Source: a virus. Taken from it: a DNA stretch of 64,000 bases. A model generated the notes under the pieces. The model was not told the origin of the DNA. It was given only the letters and a program-made list of their open reading frames with translations, and ran no database searches. The stretch is taken from IMG/VR virus record IMGVR_UViG_3300042197_004918, positions 64,001-128,000 of that record, one strand, 5' to 3'. Below, in pieces: positions 9,993 to 20,164 of the stretch (positions are counted from its first letter, which is position 1; each line of letters opens with the position of its first letter). Both the position numbers and the translations under genes were made by a program.

Positions 9993-10592
9993 ATGGATTT
10001 AAAAGACTTTTACCCAGAATTCCCCGCACAGGTCCACCAAGACGTCCTGCCCGGAGGCGTCGCCGACAATGCTTCTCCGACCCCACTAGATGTCAACGAA
10101 TTGGCTATGGGAATCAAAGTCGAATTGGAACACACGAACGACCCAAAGATCGCTGTGGAGATAGCCTTGGACCATATCAGAGAAACTCCTGATTACTACT
10201 CAAGACTGTCAACGACCGGACTTTCACCTGAAATCAGCCCGGAACCAAATCAGGCAAGTAAATCGACTCCTCCTATGGGCGGAGACAGCCCAACCGTTTC
10301 ACCTTGCTGCCAAGATAAAGCTGCGGTAGTCAGCAGCCCGGTTATGGAAGATAAATCCACAACCACTTACGACCAATACAAAGACATTGCTAGGAAAGTC
10401 ATAGGACATCTTATGAAAATGTCCAAGAAAAATCCAAAGAACTATTCTGAAGCTGAAAGGGAACTCACACCGAGTCTCGTCAAGAGTGTCTTGATAGGGT
10501 TGGGTGATAGTGACCCGAAATTAAGCGCTGAATTGACCAAGGCCGGAGAGTTTGCTCATAAACCAAAAAAGGTAAGAATGAAGTCAGAGTGA
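9993..10592 (+). CDS. DUF5661-like protein
   Basis: 'LPGGVAD...ELAMGIKVELEHTND..IA.EIALDH..E.PDYYSRL'. Confidence 0.7.
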   Translation: MDLKDFYPEFPAQVHQDVLPGGVADNASPTPLDVNELAMGIKVELEHTNDPKIAVEIALDHIRETPDYYSRLSTTGLSPEISPEPNQASKSTPPMGGDSPTVSPCCQDKAAVVSSPVMEDKSTTTYDQYKDIARKVIGHLMKMSKKNPKNYSEAERELTPSLVKSVLIGLGDSDPKLSAELTKAGEFAHKPKKVRMKSE

Positions 10593-11899
10593 TTATGCTG
10601 ATAGAGAGCCCAGATAAACTCATTGTAAATGGGAGGAAACTGTCTTGGATAGACGGAACCACTTTCTTTGCGTTCAAGACTCCACAGGGAAAGACTCACA
10701 TAGCGATAACCTCTGGAAGCGGAACGGAGTTTCTTTTACAGATAAATCAAGTGGATCTCACGGATTATATCAAGAAAAATATGCCCGAGCTTGCGGTATA
10801 TTTGGACCATGAGAGTCTCGCAAACGTCCTACATCAGTTAAAGCCAGAGATGATAAAGGATAAGATGAATCGTGAAGAGTTTGAGTTCAGTGGAAGACTT
10901 TGGAACGGTAACGGGCGAAACTACATTTCATTTTGGAACAACAAAAAATCTGTAGATAAATCTCTCTTGGATAAGTTCATGGGATATGCAAAAGTAAATT
11001 ATCAGAACACGGTGTTTGAGTTCCCAAATAACCAAGGAGATTACAAGCCGTATGATGAGATAGTGGACAAACCCACAACGTCTTCTCAGAAAAGCGCGGA
11101 AGACAAATTCATGTCTCAGATACACACTTTACCTCCGGGAGCAAAAAAGTGGGCAATGAGAGGAATGAGTATGAGAGAGGCTCTGTTTAGCGAGTCTCCT
11201 GATAATATCTATCCGTTTGAAGGCGACCCCTCGGAGGAACTTACATTTGAATCTAATGAGGTAACGTCGGTATTTTCAATTTTCAAAGACACGGTTACGA
11301 ATAAAATCAGAATGATTGTGGCATTTTGTAAGAACGGAGAAGCATACAAAATAACGACCGGAGATAAAGATTTAGATGCTGAAATAGACGTTAATAAGAT
11401 GGTTGAGGATAATCGGGGATTTGCCATGATACACTCTAATCTACTTGCTCCGATTGCACGGAGAATAAGTGATTTCGGCGACACCTATGAGATGAGAGAC
11501 TTTGCTCGACTATCTGGAAGAACATTTCTGGTCGAAGGAAAAACCTTTATATCCGTTTGGAACGAAATACGTTTTCTTGTGAGAGAAAAACGACAGATAG
11601 ATATTCTCATTGAGAAACTAGGTGCGACGAAGGAGAAGGTTCTTTTTGAAACGGTGGATTTTCCTGGGGAGTATAAAAGTTACAGTGAGATTTACGGTTC
11701 AGTTGAGAAAAAGAAATCGGCCCTTTCTTCCGAACAGATAAAGGATTTGATGAAAAAACAACACTTAGACCCGAGAGCAAAGAAGATACTTCGCACTCTG
11801 GCGTCGAGCGACAAACACTTAGATTCACTAAGTCGTGCAGCCAACGGTATGAACATCACAGTAGCTCAGTTGAAGAATATGATGACCGCAGGAGATTGA
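10589..11899 (+). CDS. hypothetical protein made of two tandem homologous domains
   Basis: ESPD..H..L..SGR..IS.WN..FE....G.YK.Y.EI occurs twice. Confidence 0.7.
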   Translation: MIMLIESPDKLIVNGRKLSWIDGTTFFAFKTPQGKTHIAITSGSGTEFLLQINQVDLTDYIKKNMPELAVYLDHESLANVLHQLKPEMIKDKMNREEFEFSGRLWNGNGRNYISFWNNKKSVDKSLLDKFMGYAKVNYQNTVFEFPNNQGDYKPYDEIVDKPTTSSQKSAEDKFMSQIHTLPPGAKKWAMRGMSMREALFSESPDNIYPFEGDPSEELTFESNEVTSVFSIFKDTVTNKIRMIVAFCKNGEAYKITTGDKDLDAEIDVNKMVEDNRGFAMIHSNLLAPIARRISDFGDTYEMRDFARLSGRTFLVEGKTFISVWNEIRFLVREKRQIDILIEKLGATKEKVLFETVDFPGEYKSYSEIYGSVEKKKSALSSEQIKDLMKKQHLDPRAKKILRTLASSDKHLDSLSRAANGMNITVAQLKNMMTAGD

Positions 11900-12513
11900 T
11901 TATGATAAGCGAAAAAAGAAAAAGAGCAATATTGAATGCCAAGTTAATCAAGGACACTCCTTTAAACGAGATAAATTACAGGAGCATTGCTGCGGCCGGA
12001 TTGCTTGGATTATCTTCGCTCACTTCTCCATCGGATGCAGCGGAGAAGAAACCGTTGGAGAAATCTGCTCCGGTTAAATATCCATATACGGTGGAGGATG
12101 TTATAGCAGCAACTCTTGTGGATGAAGCCGGTGGTGAGAAGGATGCCGAACGTGGTATGACTGCTGTTTTGAACGTTCTTATGAAACGTGCGAAGGGGGA
12201 TTTTAGACGTGCTGGAGCAGAATGTTTGAAACCAAAACAATTTAGTGGGTGGAATCCGGTGAATAAATCGGATATGAATAGTGTAAATAAGTTTATAGAA
12301 TCCAAGCGAAAACATTCTAAGTATAACATGGCACTAAAACTGGCCGCTCAGGCTAGAGCCGGTAACTTGAAAGATGTAACAAATGGTGCCGACCACTTTC
12401 TAAATGTAAATCTGACCAAGGCACAATCGTCGAAGTCAAGTCTACCAAGTTGGTTCGACCCAAAAAAAGTCACAACCACCATAGGAAATCACACGTTTTT
12501 GAAATTAGGATAA
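11896..12513 (+). CDS. cell wall hydrolase, SleB/Hydrolase_2 family
   Basis: 'TLVDEAGGE...GMTAV.NV..KR', 'PKQFSGWN', 'DVTNGADHF', 'IGNHTF'. Confidence 0.9.
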   Translation: MIMISEKRKRAILNAKLIKDTPLNEINYRSIAAAGLLGLSSLTSPSDAAEKKPLEKSAPVKYPYTVEDVIAATLVDEAGGEKDAERGMTAVLNVLMKRAKGDFRRAGAECLKPKQFSGWNPVNKSDMNSVNKFIESKRKHSKYNMALKLAAQARAGNLKDVTNGADHFLNVNLTKAQSSKSSLPSWFDPKKVTTTIGNHTFLKLG

Positions 12514-12517
12514 ATTT

Positions 12518-12778
12518 ATGGAAGAGTTCAGAACTTTAAATTTTGGGGGTCACGACCCGATTCACAATATGCTTGTCCGTAGGAAAAACGGCGAAGCAGA
12601 ACTACCAGCGGTAGTTAAGCACAACGAACAAGATGTTCTTGAGCTGAAAGAATTTTGTCAGCGTCACGGCATCATTGGAGCTAATTTCGGAGGTATGTCT
12701 CCACGCGCAGCTCTGAATATGCTTAAATCTAGGTATGGAGAATCCATGAAGCCACAGAAGGTTCTATTGAAAGGATAA
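12518..12778 (+). CDS. hypothetical protein
   Basis: 86-aa ORF in the operon. Confidence 0.6.
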   Translation: MEEFRTLNFGGHDPIHNMLVRRKNGEAELPAVVKHNEQDVLELKEFCQRHGIIGANFGGMSPRAALNMLKSRYGESMKPQKVLLKG

Positions 12779-12780
12779 CT

Positions 12781-13746
12781 ATGAAAATGAAGATAATGTT
12801 TTTGATTGGGTTGTTGGCCTTATCCACGAGTTGTGTACACGTAAGGGATTTGATTGGGTCATCCACGTCTAAATCTGAAGATAAACTTGATAAGAAAAAG
12901 ATAGAACTTCAGTTGAAGAAGGATGAACTTTCTAAAAACAACGAAGTCAAGTTGAAGCAAATTGGGACGCTTTCAAAGGGCGTCGATCATGCACTTAACA
13001 CTGAAACCAATAAATCCAAACCGATAGATGTTGCCAAAGAACTGAATGATAGGGTGTCGTCTTTGGCCAGTAATCCTGATATAAAAGATGTAAACCGAAT
13101 AAAGAAAGTCGTCGATGACCTTGTATCCGAAGTAGAGAAGGAGAGAAAGGTCGGGGAGATGGAATTGACCAAGTTGGACAAAGAACTCCAATATGTCCAG
13201 TCGGAAAGAGATTTGATAAAGACTGCCTACGAGAAGAAGTCGGCTGAATATGCTGCGATTAGTGAAAAAATTGCAGAAGACAATGATAAAAACGAAGCAA
13301 TAGTTGGTGAGATGGACAAGTGGTTTGGATTGGGTGCCGTTTGGTATGGTGTAAAGAAATTCTTAATATCTGCGGTATGGATACTCTCTATCGGAACCAT
13401 AGTGTTCTTGGTGTTGAGAGTGTTATCACAGACGAATCCGGTTGCTGCAGCGGTGTTTGGGTTGTTCGAGATGGCCGGCAGCGCAGTATTACAATTAGTG
13501 AAGGTAGCTATACCAAATTCATTCAGCTACGCGAAATTTGTTGACAAGGGAACGTCTGAAAAATACCGTGGAACATTGGATAAAATCCTAGATACTCTCC
13601 AAGTGTTAAAAGAACAGAACAAACTTGCTCCTGATGATAAGAAGATAGACCTGGAGATGATTTTTGCTGAACTCGATAAGAAATTGGACGATGCTGAGAA
13701 GAGGGTTGTTACCGAAAGACTCCAATCTATGAATTGGAAAATATAA
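12781..13746 (+). CDS. lipoprotein with a long coiled coil and internal TM helices (spanin-like candidate)
   Basis: signal ending LALSTSC; about 150-aa K/E-rich helical region; hydrophobic FLISAVWILSIGTIVFLVL. Confidence 0.55.
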   Translation: MKMKIMFLIGLLALSTSCVHVRDLIGSSTSKSEDKLDKKKIELQLKKDELSKNNEVKLKQIGTLSKGVDHALNTETNKSKPIDVAKELNDRVSSLASNPDIKDVNRIKKVVDDLVSEVEKERKVGEMELTKLDKELQYVQSERDLIKTAYEKKSAEYAAISEKIAEDNDKNEAIVGEMDKWFGLGAVWYGVKKFLISAVWILSIGTIVFLVLRVLSQTNPVAAAVFGLFEMAGSAVLQLVKVAIPNSFSYAKFVDKGTSEKYRGTLDKILDTLQVLKEQNKLAPDDKKIDLEMIFAELDKKLDDAEKRVVTERLQSMNWKI

Positions 13747-13750
13747 TTAG

Positions 13751-13779
13751 TTGAAATAACGTGGCGAAAGGTATATATT
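13751..13779 (+). promoter_or_regulatory. sigma70-like promoter
   Basis: TTGAAA-17nt-TATATT. Confidence 0.5.
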
Positions 13780-13790
13780 GCCAACACGTT

Positions 13791-14090
13791 ATGAAGTATT
13801 ATATTGTAGACACAACACAGTCGGACAAACCTAAAGCATTTGACACGCTACAGAGATTAGTAGAACATCTCGAAGGAACGGTAAAACGCAGATTTAGATG
13901 TGACCGGGCAGCTTACATGGATAACCTCGTAAGCCTCGGTTATGGTTACGATGATGCCGAGGGTGCTACGTTCACCACTTCTCTCTCCGAACATTTTAAT
14001 ATTGGGGTTGTTCGTGACGGGAAACTTCTTAGAACGAACGTCCACGAGGCCGCGACCCACAATAAGTTTCGGGGACAAACGGGAGATTAA
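13791..14090 (+). CDS. hypothetical protein
   Basis: ATG at 13791 downstream of the promoter. Confidence 0.6.
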   Translation: MKYYIVDTTQSDKPKAFDTLQRLVEHLEGTVKRRFRCDRAAYMDNLVSLGYGYDDAEGATFTTSLSEHFNIGVVRDGKLLRTNVHEAATHNKFRGQTGD

Positions 14091-15728
14091 ATGGTTTCTC
14101 TTGATGTAAAGTGGTCCGAACCATACCAGTTCAAGACTGAATATGGTGATTGGTGGAAACGTGAGTGGCTTATCCCCGCCCAACATAGGTCGGAGTTTTT
14201 CATTTATTGGAGAGGTAATTCTTTTAAGTTGAAAGACCGTGGATACGGTGTCTTGAAGAAAAATGAAGACTGGTATCTCACCGAGTCTAAGCCCGAAAAA
14301 CACCTTTTTAAAGAATTTTCCCACCTCGCTCCAAAAGAAGTCGAAAAGAATGATTTCTTCCTCGCTCCAAAAGAAGTCAAAGATGTGAGCGGATTACGTC
14401 CTTGGCAGGTTTCCGCTGTTGGAAAAATATGTGCAGCAATAGAAAAATGGGGATGTGCAATAGATGGGTCGGATGTCGGCATAGGTAAGACCTACACGGC
14501 TTGTGGAGTTGCACGAGAGCTTGAAATGGATATTCTTGTCGTTTGTCCGAAGGCGGTCAAGGAGTCGTGGAGAAGGGTAATCAAGAACCATTTTAAAATG
14601 GCCGGGCGACTTGTAGGAATAACAAACTACGAACAGGTCAGGATAGGAAAAGAAGGCTCTGATATAGCTTCTTATGTAAGAAACAAGAAAACCCATGTAA
14701 AAGAGTTTATTTGGAAGATTCCCAAAGAAACACTGATTATATGGGACGAGAGCCAGAAATTAAAGGGAGCCAAAACACAAAACAGCGAAGTCTGTCTCCA
14801 TGCCCTAAAACAGGGGTATAAGATGTTGTTCTGTAGTGCCACGAACGCAACTAATCCTTTAGAATTAAGAACCGTGGGAATGTCCTTGAAATTGTTTGAA
14901 AACAATAAGCAGTATTATGCTTGGTTGTATCGTCACGGTTGTTCAAAGGGAAGATTTGGGTTGGAATTCAACAACAACAAAGAAGTGTTGACCAAATTGA
15001 ACAGAGATATTTTTGTGGACCGGGGAATCCGATTGACAAGAGATACTATTCCAAATTTCCCAGAGAGCCAGATAATAGCCGAGTGCTATGACATGGAAGA
15101 AGAAAGTCGTAATAAAATCGACGCGTTGTATGCTGAAATGAAGGCTGAATTGAATCGGCTTAACAAAAAGGAGAAACGTGGAAAGAAGGATAGCACCTCC
15201 CAACTTACCGCTATCTTGAGGGCTAGACAGAAAATAGAATTGGTAAAGGTGCCATTGTTCATAGACATGATAGAAGAGGGAATTGAAAATGGCATGAGTG
15301 TTGTGGTTTTCGTGAATTTCACCGAGACTTTGGAGACTATCGCGAAACGTTTAAACACTAAATGTATCGTAAATGGTAAAGTTAAAGACGACGACCGGCA
15401 GAGGAATATAGACGACTTCCAAGCAGATAAGGCCCGTGTCATCCTCGTAAACATAGCTGCCGGTGGAGCAGGACTGAGTTTACACGACCTCAATGGAAAA
15501 TATCCGAGATTATCTCTCATATCACCGTCATACTCAGCGGTTCAAATGAGGCAGGCCACCGGACGTGTTTGGAGAGATAGTGCAAAGAGTAAGAGTATTC
15601 AGAAGATTGTATTCGTGGCAAACACTGTGGAAGTCGATGTGTGTGAAGCTGTGAATAGGAAACTTGATAATTTAGACTTGTTGAATGACGGCGATATGGA
15701 AAACTATGGAAAAGCTGATAATAGTTAA
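14091..15728 (+). CDS. SF2 (SNF2-like) helicase
   Basis: LRPWQ, GIGKT, VVCP, DESQ, SAT, GAGLSL, QATGRVWR. Confidence 0.9.
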   Translation: MVSLDVKWSEPYQFKTEYGDWWKREWLIPAQHRSEFFIYWRGNSFKLKDRGYGVLKKNEDWYLTESKPEKHLFKEFSHLAPKEVEKNDFFLAPKEVKDVSGLRPWQVSAVGKICAAIEKWGCAIDGSDVGIGKTYTACGVARELEMDILVVCPKAVKESWRRVIKNHFKMAGRLVGITNYEQVRIGKEGSDIASYVRNKKTHVKEFIWKIPKETLIIWDESQKLKGAKTQNSEVCLHALKQGYKMLFCSATNATNPLELRTVGMSLKLFENNKQYYAWLYRHGCSKGRFGLEFNNNKEVLTKLNRDIFVDRGIRLTRDTIPNFPESQIIAECYDMEEESRNKIDALYAEMKAELNRLNKKEKRGKKDSTSQLTAILRARQKIELVKVPLFIDMIEEGIENGMSVVVFVNFTETLETIAKRLNTKCIVNGKVKDDDRQRNIDDFQADKARVILVNIAAGGAGLSLHDLNGKYPRLSLISPSYSAVQMRQATGRVWRDSAKSKSIQKIVFVANTVEVDVCEAVNRKLDNLDLLNDGDMENYGKADNS

Positions 15729-16008
15729 ATGTGCTGGATGGGAAATGGATGTATCCGTCAACGCTGAGGATTTTGATGACATTTACATCGAGGCGTGCAC
15801 CAGGGCTTTGGAGAAGAACATCAAGTCGTCAAAAATGATTGTGGCCCCATTCATGGAGGCGAGATTGAAGAAATCAAAGACGGTCTACATATTCAACAGT
15901 TATAAGATATTAGCAAATGCAGGGTTTCACACGTTCGCAGAAAATCTCCGAACTAATGTTCGTAGAGAAATGAAAGTGGATTTAAGAAACGAACCGATGA
16001 AAGGCTAA
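15706..16008 (+). CDS. hypothetical protein, paralog of 59128-59679
   Basis: shares 'YIEA.TRA.E' and 'S.KI.ANAG.H' with 59128-59679. Confidence 0.6.
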   Translation: MEKLIIVKCAGWEMDVSVNAEDFDDIYIEACTRALEKNIKSSKMIVAPFMEARLKKSKTVYIFNSYKILANAGFHTFAENLRTNVRREMKVDLRNEPMKG

Positions 16009-16719
16009 ATGCAACCAGAAAATCAAGATGCGGTGTTGAAATCGGTCATGGAACAGTTGTCAAAACTGTCCAATGAGGTTGCTGAATTGAAACGTGATAT
16101 ACCCACACAGGAAGAAGTCGTAAAGGAGATTTCCATAACAAAGAACGCTGGCTTCACCATAAAGCCTTTTAAATCAAAAAGAAAACGCGGATTGGGTGCC
16201 ATTCCACTGTTAGAATCCGAGATTAGAGAGGCCCAGGCAAAAGCAAAGAGTGCTTCCCAAGCTTCAAAGTTTTTAAACGTTTCATACATCACCTATAAGA
16301 AGTATGCAAAACTTTACAATCTCCACACCACATTCTCAAATCGGTGTGGAAAGGGGATTCCTAAGCCAAAGGACCCAAATCAAGGAAAGTATCCTCTCAA
16401 TGACATCTTGGCGGGAAAGTTCCCGGAGTATCCGCTGTGGAAGCTCAAAGACAGATTGATAAGAGCGGGATTAAAAGAGGCCTGTTGTGAACAGTGTGGT
16501 TACAACGAACGTCGGATAACAGACAACAAAATCCCCCTTCTGTTGGTTTTCGAGGATAATAATGAAAAGAATCATGCTATCCAAAATATCCGAGTGTTTT
16601 GTTACAACTGTTCGTTTACCGCAGGTAAGATATGGGTAAAAATAAAGGACAGAAAGCGTTGGATAAACGATCCTGACCGATTACAGGGGTCTTCATACGA
16701 TACTGAACAAAGATATTGA
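16009..16719 (+). CDS. HTH plus degenerate HNH/Zn-finger protein
   Basis: 'ASQASKFLNVSYITYKKYA'; CEQC..PLLL..D.N..N...NIRVFCYNC without the usual His. Confidence 0.6.
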   Translation: MQPENQDAVLKSVMEQLSKLSNEVAELKRDIPTQEEVVKEISITKNAGFTIKPFKSKRKRGLGAIPLLESEIREAQAKAKSASQASKFLNVSYITYKKYAKLYNLHTTFSNRCGKGIPKPKDPNQGKYPLNDILAGKFPEYPLWKLKDRLIRAGLKEACCEQCGYNERRITDNKIPLLLVFEDNNEKNHAIQNIRVFCYNCSFTAGKIWVKIKDRKRWINDPDRLQGSSYDTEQRY

Positions 16720-16753
16720 TTCTTATTTATTCCACATCCTATTTATAGGGTAA

Positions 16754-17266
16754 ATGGATAAAGGCATCAATCATATCCTAAACGTCGAAGGGATACTAAA
16801 AAACTTCAGTATCGCTAAGAAGATAAGTTCCTCTGAACTGCGAAGCATAAAGGCCCTTGCTTCAAAATCATGCGCCTCCAAGGAAGATTATTTGGAACTC
16901 CTAAAACGAGAAATCATCCGTTATACCGACGATTATGTGAAGAAGAATAAGATACCTGGTCTTATAATAAAGAAGAAGGATGGGTTGAAAAATTTCACGA
17001 TAAAGGATCCCGCCTACATTAAACTTTACAAAGAGGCGGCTATATTAGCCAAGAACCTAACCAAAAATCGAAACATGGAGAAACGTGAACTCATATTTCT
17101 CATCATGTCTCTTGTCGGAGCATTAGGGCTCACTCAAGAAGATTTTAACAAGTTCAACCGTGAGATAAATAGAAACCCAGACTTCGAGGAAAACGAGAAG
17201 TGGGGTGGTTTTGGTGAGTTTGATGTAGGTGACGAAGATGACGACGATGGTGATGAAATTATATGA
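16754..17266 (+). CDS. hypothetical protein with an acidic tail
   Basis: TATTTATA at 16740-16747 upstream. Confidence 0.6.
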   Translation: MDKGINHILNVEGILKNFSIAKKISSSELRSIKALASKSCASKEDYLELLKREIIRYTDDYVKKNKIPGLIIKKKDGLKNFTIKDPAYIKLYKEAAILAKNLTKNRNMEKRELIFLIMSLVGALGLTQEDFNKFNREINRNPDFEENEKWGGFGEFDVGDEDDDDGDEII

Positions 17267-18294
17267 ATAAAAAAATAGTTATAACCGGTGTGAGTGGACA
17301 AGTCGGTTCTTATATGTCTGAATATTGTCTTAAATTGGGCCACGACGTTTATGGAATCGTGAGGAGGACATCCACGCCAAATATTATAAACTATAAACAT
17401 CTAATCGGAAATCCTAAATTTAATATAGTCCACGCGGATTTAACGGATGGATCTTCTATAGAGAGCGCCGTCGGAAAAATTAAGCCGGATTATTTTATAA
17501 ACCTAGCAGCACAAAGTTTTGTGGGAGTCAGTTGGTCTATACCAGAAGAAACTTTTAACGTAGATACTTTGGGAGTCATACGGTGTCTGGAATCGGTCAG
17601 AAAATCCGTTCCAAAATGTAGGTTTTATAACGCGGGGAGTTCGGAACAATTTGGTGATGTGGATTACATTCCGCAGGATGAAACTCATCCATTCAAGCCG
17701 AGGAGTCCTTATGGTGCGGCTAAATGTGCAGCTCATCATATCATAAAGGTTTACCGGGAATCTTATGGTATATATGCAGTGCAGGGATTATTATTCAATC
17801 ACGAAAGCGAACGTCGAGGAGAAGAATTCGTTACAAGAAAAATCACAAAGGGGGTCGCGAGAATATTAAAGGAACTCGAATCTGATAAAATAACTGCTAT
17901 TGAACTTGGAAATATAGATTCAAAACGAGATTGGAGTCACGCTGAGGATTTTGTTGACGGTATATGGAAGATGTTAAATCAAGACTCCCCTCGCGATTTC
18001 GTGTTATCAAGCGGAGAAACACATTCTATACGAGAATTTGTCCAATTAGCATTTAAGTTTGCGGGCATAAAAGGTGAGTGGATAAAATCAAACGACAATG
18101 CTGAGAGTGAGGTTTTTGTTTTTGATAATAAAGTGCTGGTAAAAATAAATCCTAAATTTTATCGGCCAGCAGAAGTGGATATTTTATTGGGTTCGAGTGA
18201 ATGCATTCGGAGAGAATTGGGTTGGAAACCATCCGTGAGTTTTGAAGGATTGGTTGAGAGAATGGTCCAAAATGATTTAATTATTGTTGGTTAA
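17263..18294 (+). CDS. gmd: GDP-mannose 4,6-dehydratase
   Basis: ITGVSGQVGSY, NLAAQSFV, PRSPYGAAK, FNHESERRG..FVTRKIT, RDWSHA, RPAEVD. Confidence 0.95.
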   Translation: MNKKIVITGVSGQVGSYMSEYCLKLGHDVYGIVRRTSTPNIINYKHLIGNPKFNIVHADLTDGSSIESAVGKIKPDYFINLAAQSFVGVSWSIPEETFNVDTLGVIRCLESVRKSVPKCRFYNAGSSEQFGDVDYIPQDETHPFKPRSPYGAAKCAAHHIIKVYRESYGIYAVQGLLFNHESERRGEEFVTRKITKGVARILKELESDKITAIELGNIDSKRDWSHAEDFVDGIWKMLNQDSPRDFVLSSGETHSIREFVQLAFKFAGIKGEWIKSNDNAESEVFVFDNKVLVKINPKFYRPAEVDILLGSSECIRRELGWKPSVSFEGLVERMVQNDLIIVG

Positions 18295-18324
18295 ACCGTC
18301 TCGTCTTTATATTTATAAAGAGAT

Positions 18325-20154
18325 ATGGCACTAAAAACCAAAATAAGTGAATTTCCGTCGTCTTCTTTTTTGTCGGGAAGCGATTTACTTCCGATAGTCC
18401 ATAATTCCTCCGGCAGTTTAACGAATTATAAGACTAATTTAGACGACATCAAGGGGTGGATGGTAACTACGATTCCGATTGGCGTTCCTACTGATGCTGT
18501 ATACACGGACGGATTTTTCGACACATTCACTTCCACAACCATTCTGGCTGATGCCATAGACGATATAAGTGAGGCATTTTTAGACTTAGCTCCTGTAAAA
18601 GCAGGAGTATTAACTTCTACAAACTTGACCATATCCGGTTTGACACTGTATTCCGGTTACTTGGCATCCGGTCTAAATTCTCATTGGTATAGCGGTTCTT
18701 ATTCAGCAGGAAGTTCAATTTCATCATTTGCAAATCAAACCAATCTAAAACTGTCATCGTCCGGGTCAGCTATATTTAGGTCAGGAAAATACAGCGACTT
18801 CTCAGCTCTGAGCGGAGGCGTCACTGCAAGCTTTGCTACAGGAAGCAATGCTTCTGTTGCAGCATCAAGTGCATCAATACTCCGTTCAACAAGTTCAATA
18901 GTGTCGAGCAGTTTAGCTGTAGGAACGGGGATCCTCCCATCTACCTACATCAATGGAACTTCTCGGTATAACACATTTTGGACACAGACCTCCGCTTCAA
19001 TAAGCCACTCCCTCTCAGTCACGGGTTCATCAACATACAAACTGACGGCGGACAATGGTGCTGGTTCTAGCCTACCGTATACGATATGGTTTGCTACTAA
19101 CTCAACTGATTATCCTGACCAGACCGTGTTTGCCACCGCAAGTATATCGTCCGTGACTTTAAAATATTTGAGCGGAATGGCATATCTATCGGGTTCGTCA
19201 ACGGTGAACGTGATGGTGTCTGCGAGCAATTTACACAATCCTGTCTATAATACCACGCCGATTTCATTTGCTTTTTCAAATCCTACAATCGGTTCTATAT
19301 CAGCTACAGGAAGCGTAACAACGCCAGCTCATGGTGCATCTATAGTTGTGACATCATCCTTTTCTTTGACCACGGGCAATTTGGTGGCATCTACTCCTTG
19401 GACAACAAACCCAACGGTAGTTCTCACCGCCACAAAGCCAGGAAAATCCTCGGCTGGCTCGGAAGCAGTTCCCGTCTATCCTAGACCCGTGAACACATAC
19501 GCAAATCCGGCATCAGGAACAACAAACGGTGCAAACACTATAACGGAGTTGTTCTTGGATGAGTATTACAGATTGGGTAACTTGAAGAGTGGTTCTTTGT
19601 CTACTTACGGTCCCGGATTCTCATCCTCTTTAAATTTACAAACGGTCGTTTCAAGTGCTGACAATGCACATCTTCAAGTTCAAAACGGAAGACTTATCGC
19701 CGGCGGTGCTTCCGGCCAAGGAGACTACAGCGGATTCGCTGCGGGGTCTTCGGGCGGAACATACGCAAATTATTTCAGGAGATTGGATATTATCTCTGAC
19801 AACGTGGAGAGTGGACAGTTAACCATGTCATTTAGCGGATTTACGACAGTCGAAGCGTGGGGAACATCGACAGGCGCTGGACCGGAGGTCGCATTGGTTC
19901 TTTCTTCAAGTATTACAAACAATTTGACAGCGAGCAGTTTATTTGATCTCGGACTTGGAACGGGGCTTTATTCGGGAGATAATGTTACAGGGTCGCAAAA
20001 CTCAGGGCTTTCGTCTCTATCGTCGGGAAGAGTGTATTGGGCTCTACCATTGGGGGTAAATACGGGTCCTGCATCGACGAATCATCTTATTCTATGGATA
20101 CGTTATAAGAACGCGACCACTAATTATATAGACGATCTAACCTTCAAAATTTAA
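18325..20154 (+). CDS. Ser/Thr-rich virion structural protein
   Basis: 'KISEFP' N-terminus typical of fibre/decoration proteins; upstream TATTTATA at 18310. Confidence 0.6.
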   Translation: MALKTKISEFPSSSFLSGSDLLPIVHNSSGSLTNYKTNLDDIKGWMVTTIPIGVPTDAVYTDGFFDTFTSTTILADAIDDISEAFLDLAPVKAGVLTSTNLTISGLTLYSGYLASGLNSHWYSGSYSAGSSISSFANQTNLKLSSSGSAIFRSGKYSDFSALSGGVTASFATGSNASVAASSASILRSTSSIVSSSLAVGTGILPSTYINGTSRYNTFWTQTSASISHSLSVTGSSTYKLTADNGAGSSLPYTIWFATNSTDYPDQTVFATASISSVTLKYLSGMAYLSGSSTVNVMVSASNLHNPVYNTTPISFAFSNPTIGSISATGSVTTPAHGASIVVTSSFSLTTGNLVASTPWTTNPTVVLTATKPGKSSAGSEAVPVYPRPVNTYANPASGTTNGANTITELFLDEYYRLGNLKSGSLSTYGPGFSSSLNLQTVVSSADNAHLQVQNGRLIAGGASGQGDYSGFAAGSSGGTYANYFRRLDIISDNVESGQLTMSFSGFTTVEAWGTSTGAGPEVALVLSSSITNNLTASSLFDLGLGTGLYSGDNVTGSQNSGLSSLSSGRVYWALPLGVNTGPASTNHLILWIRYKNATTNYIDDLTFKI

Positions 20155-20164
20155 TTTGTAACGT

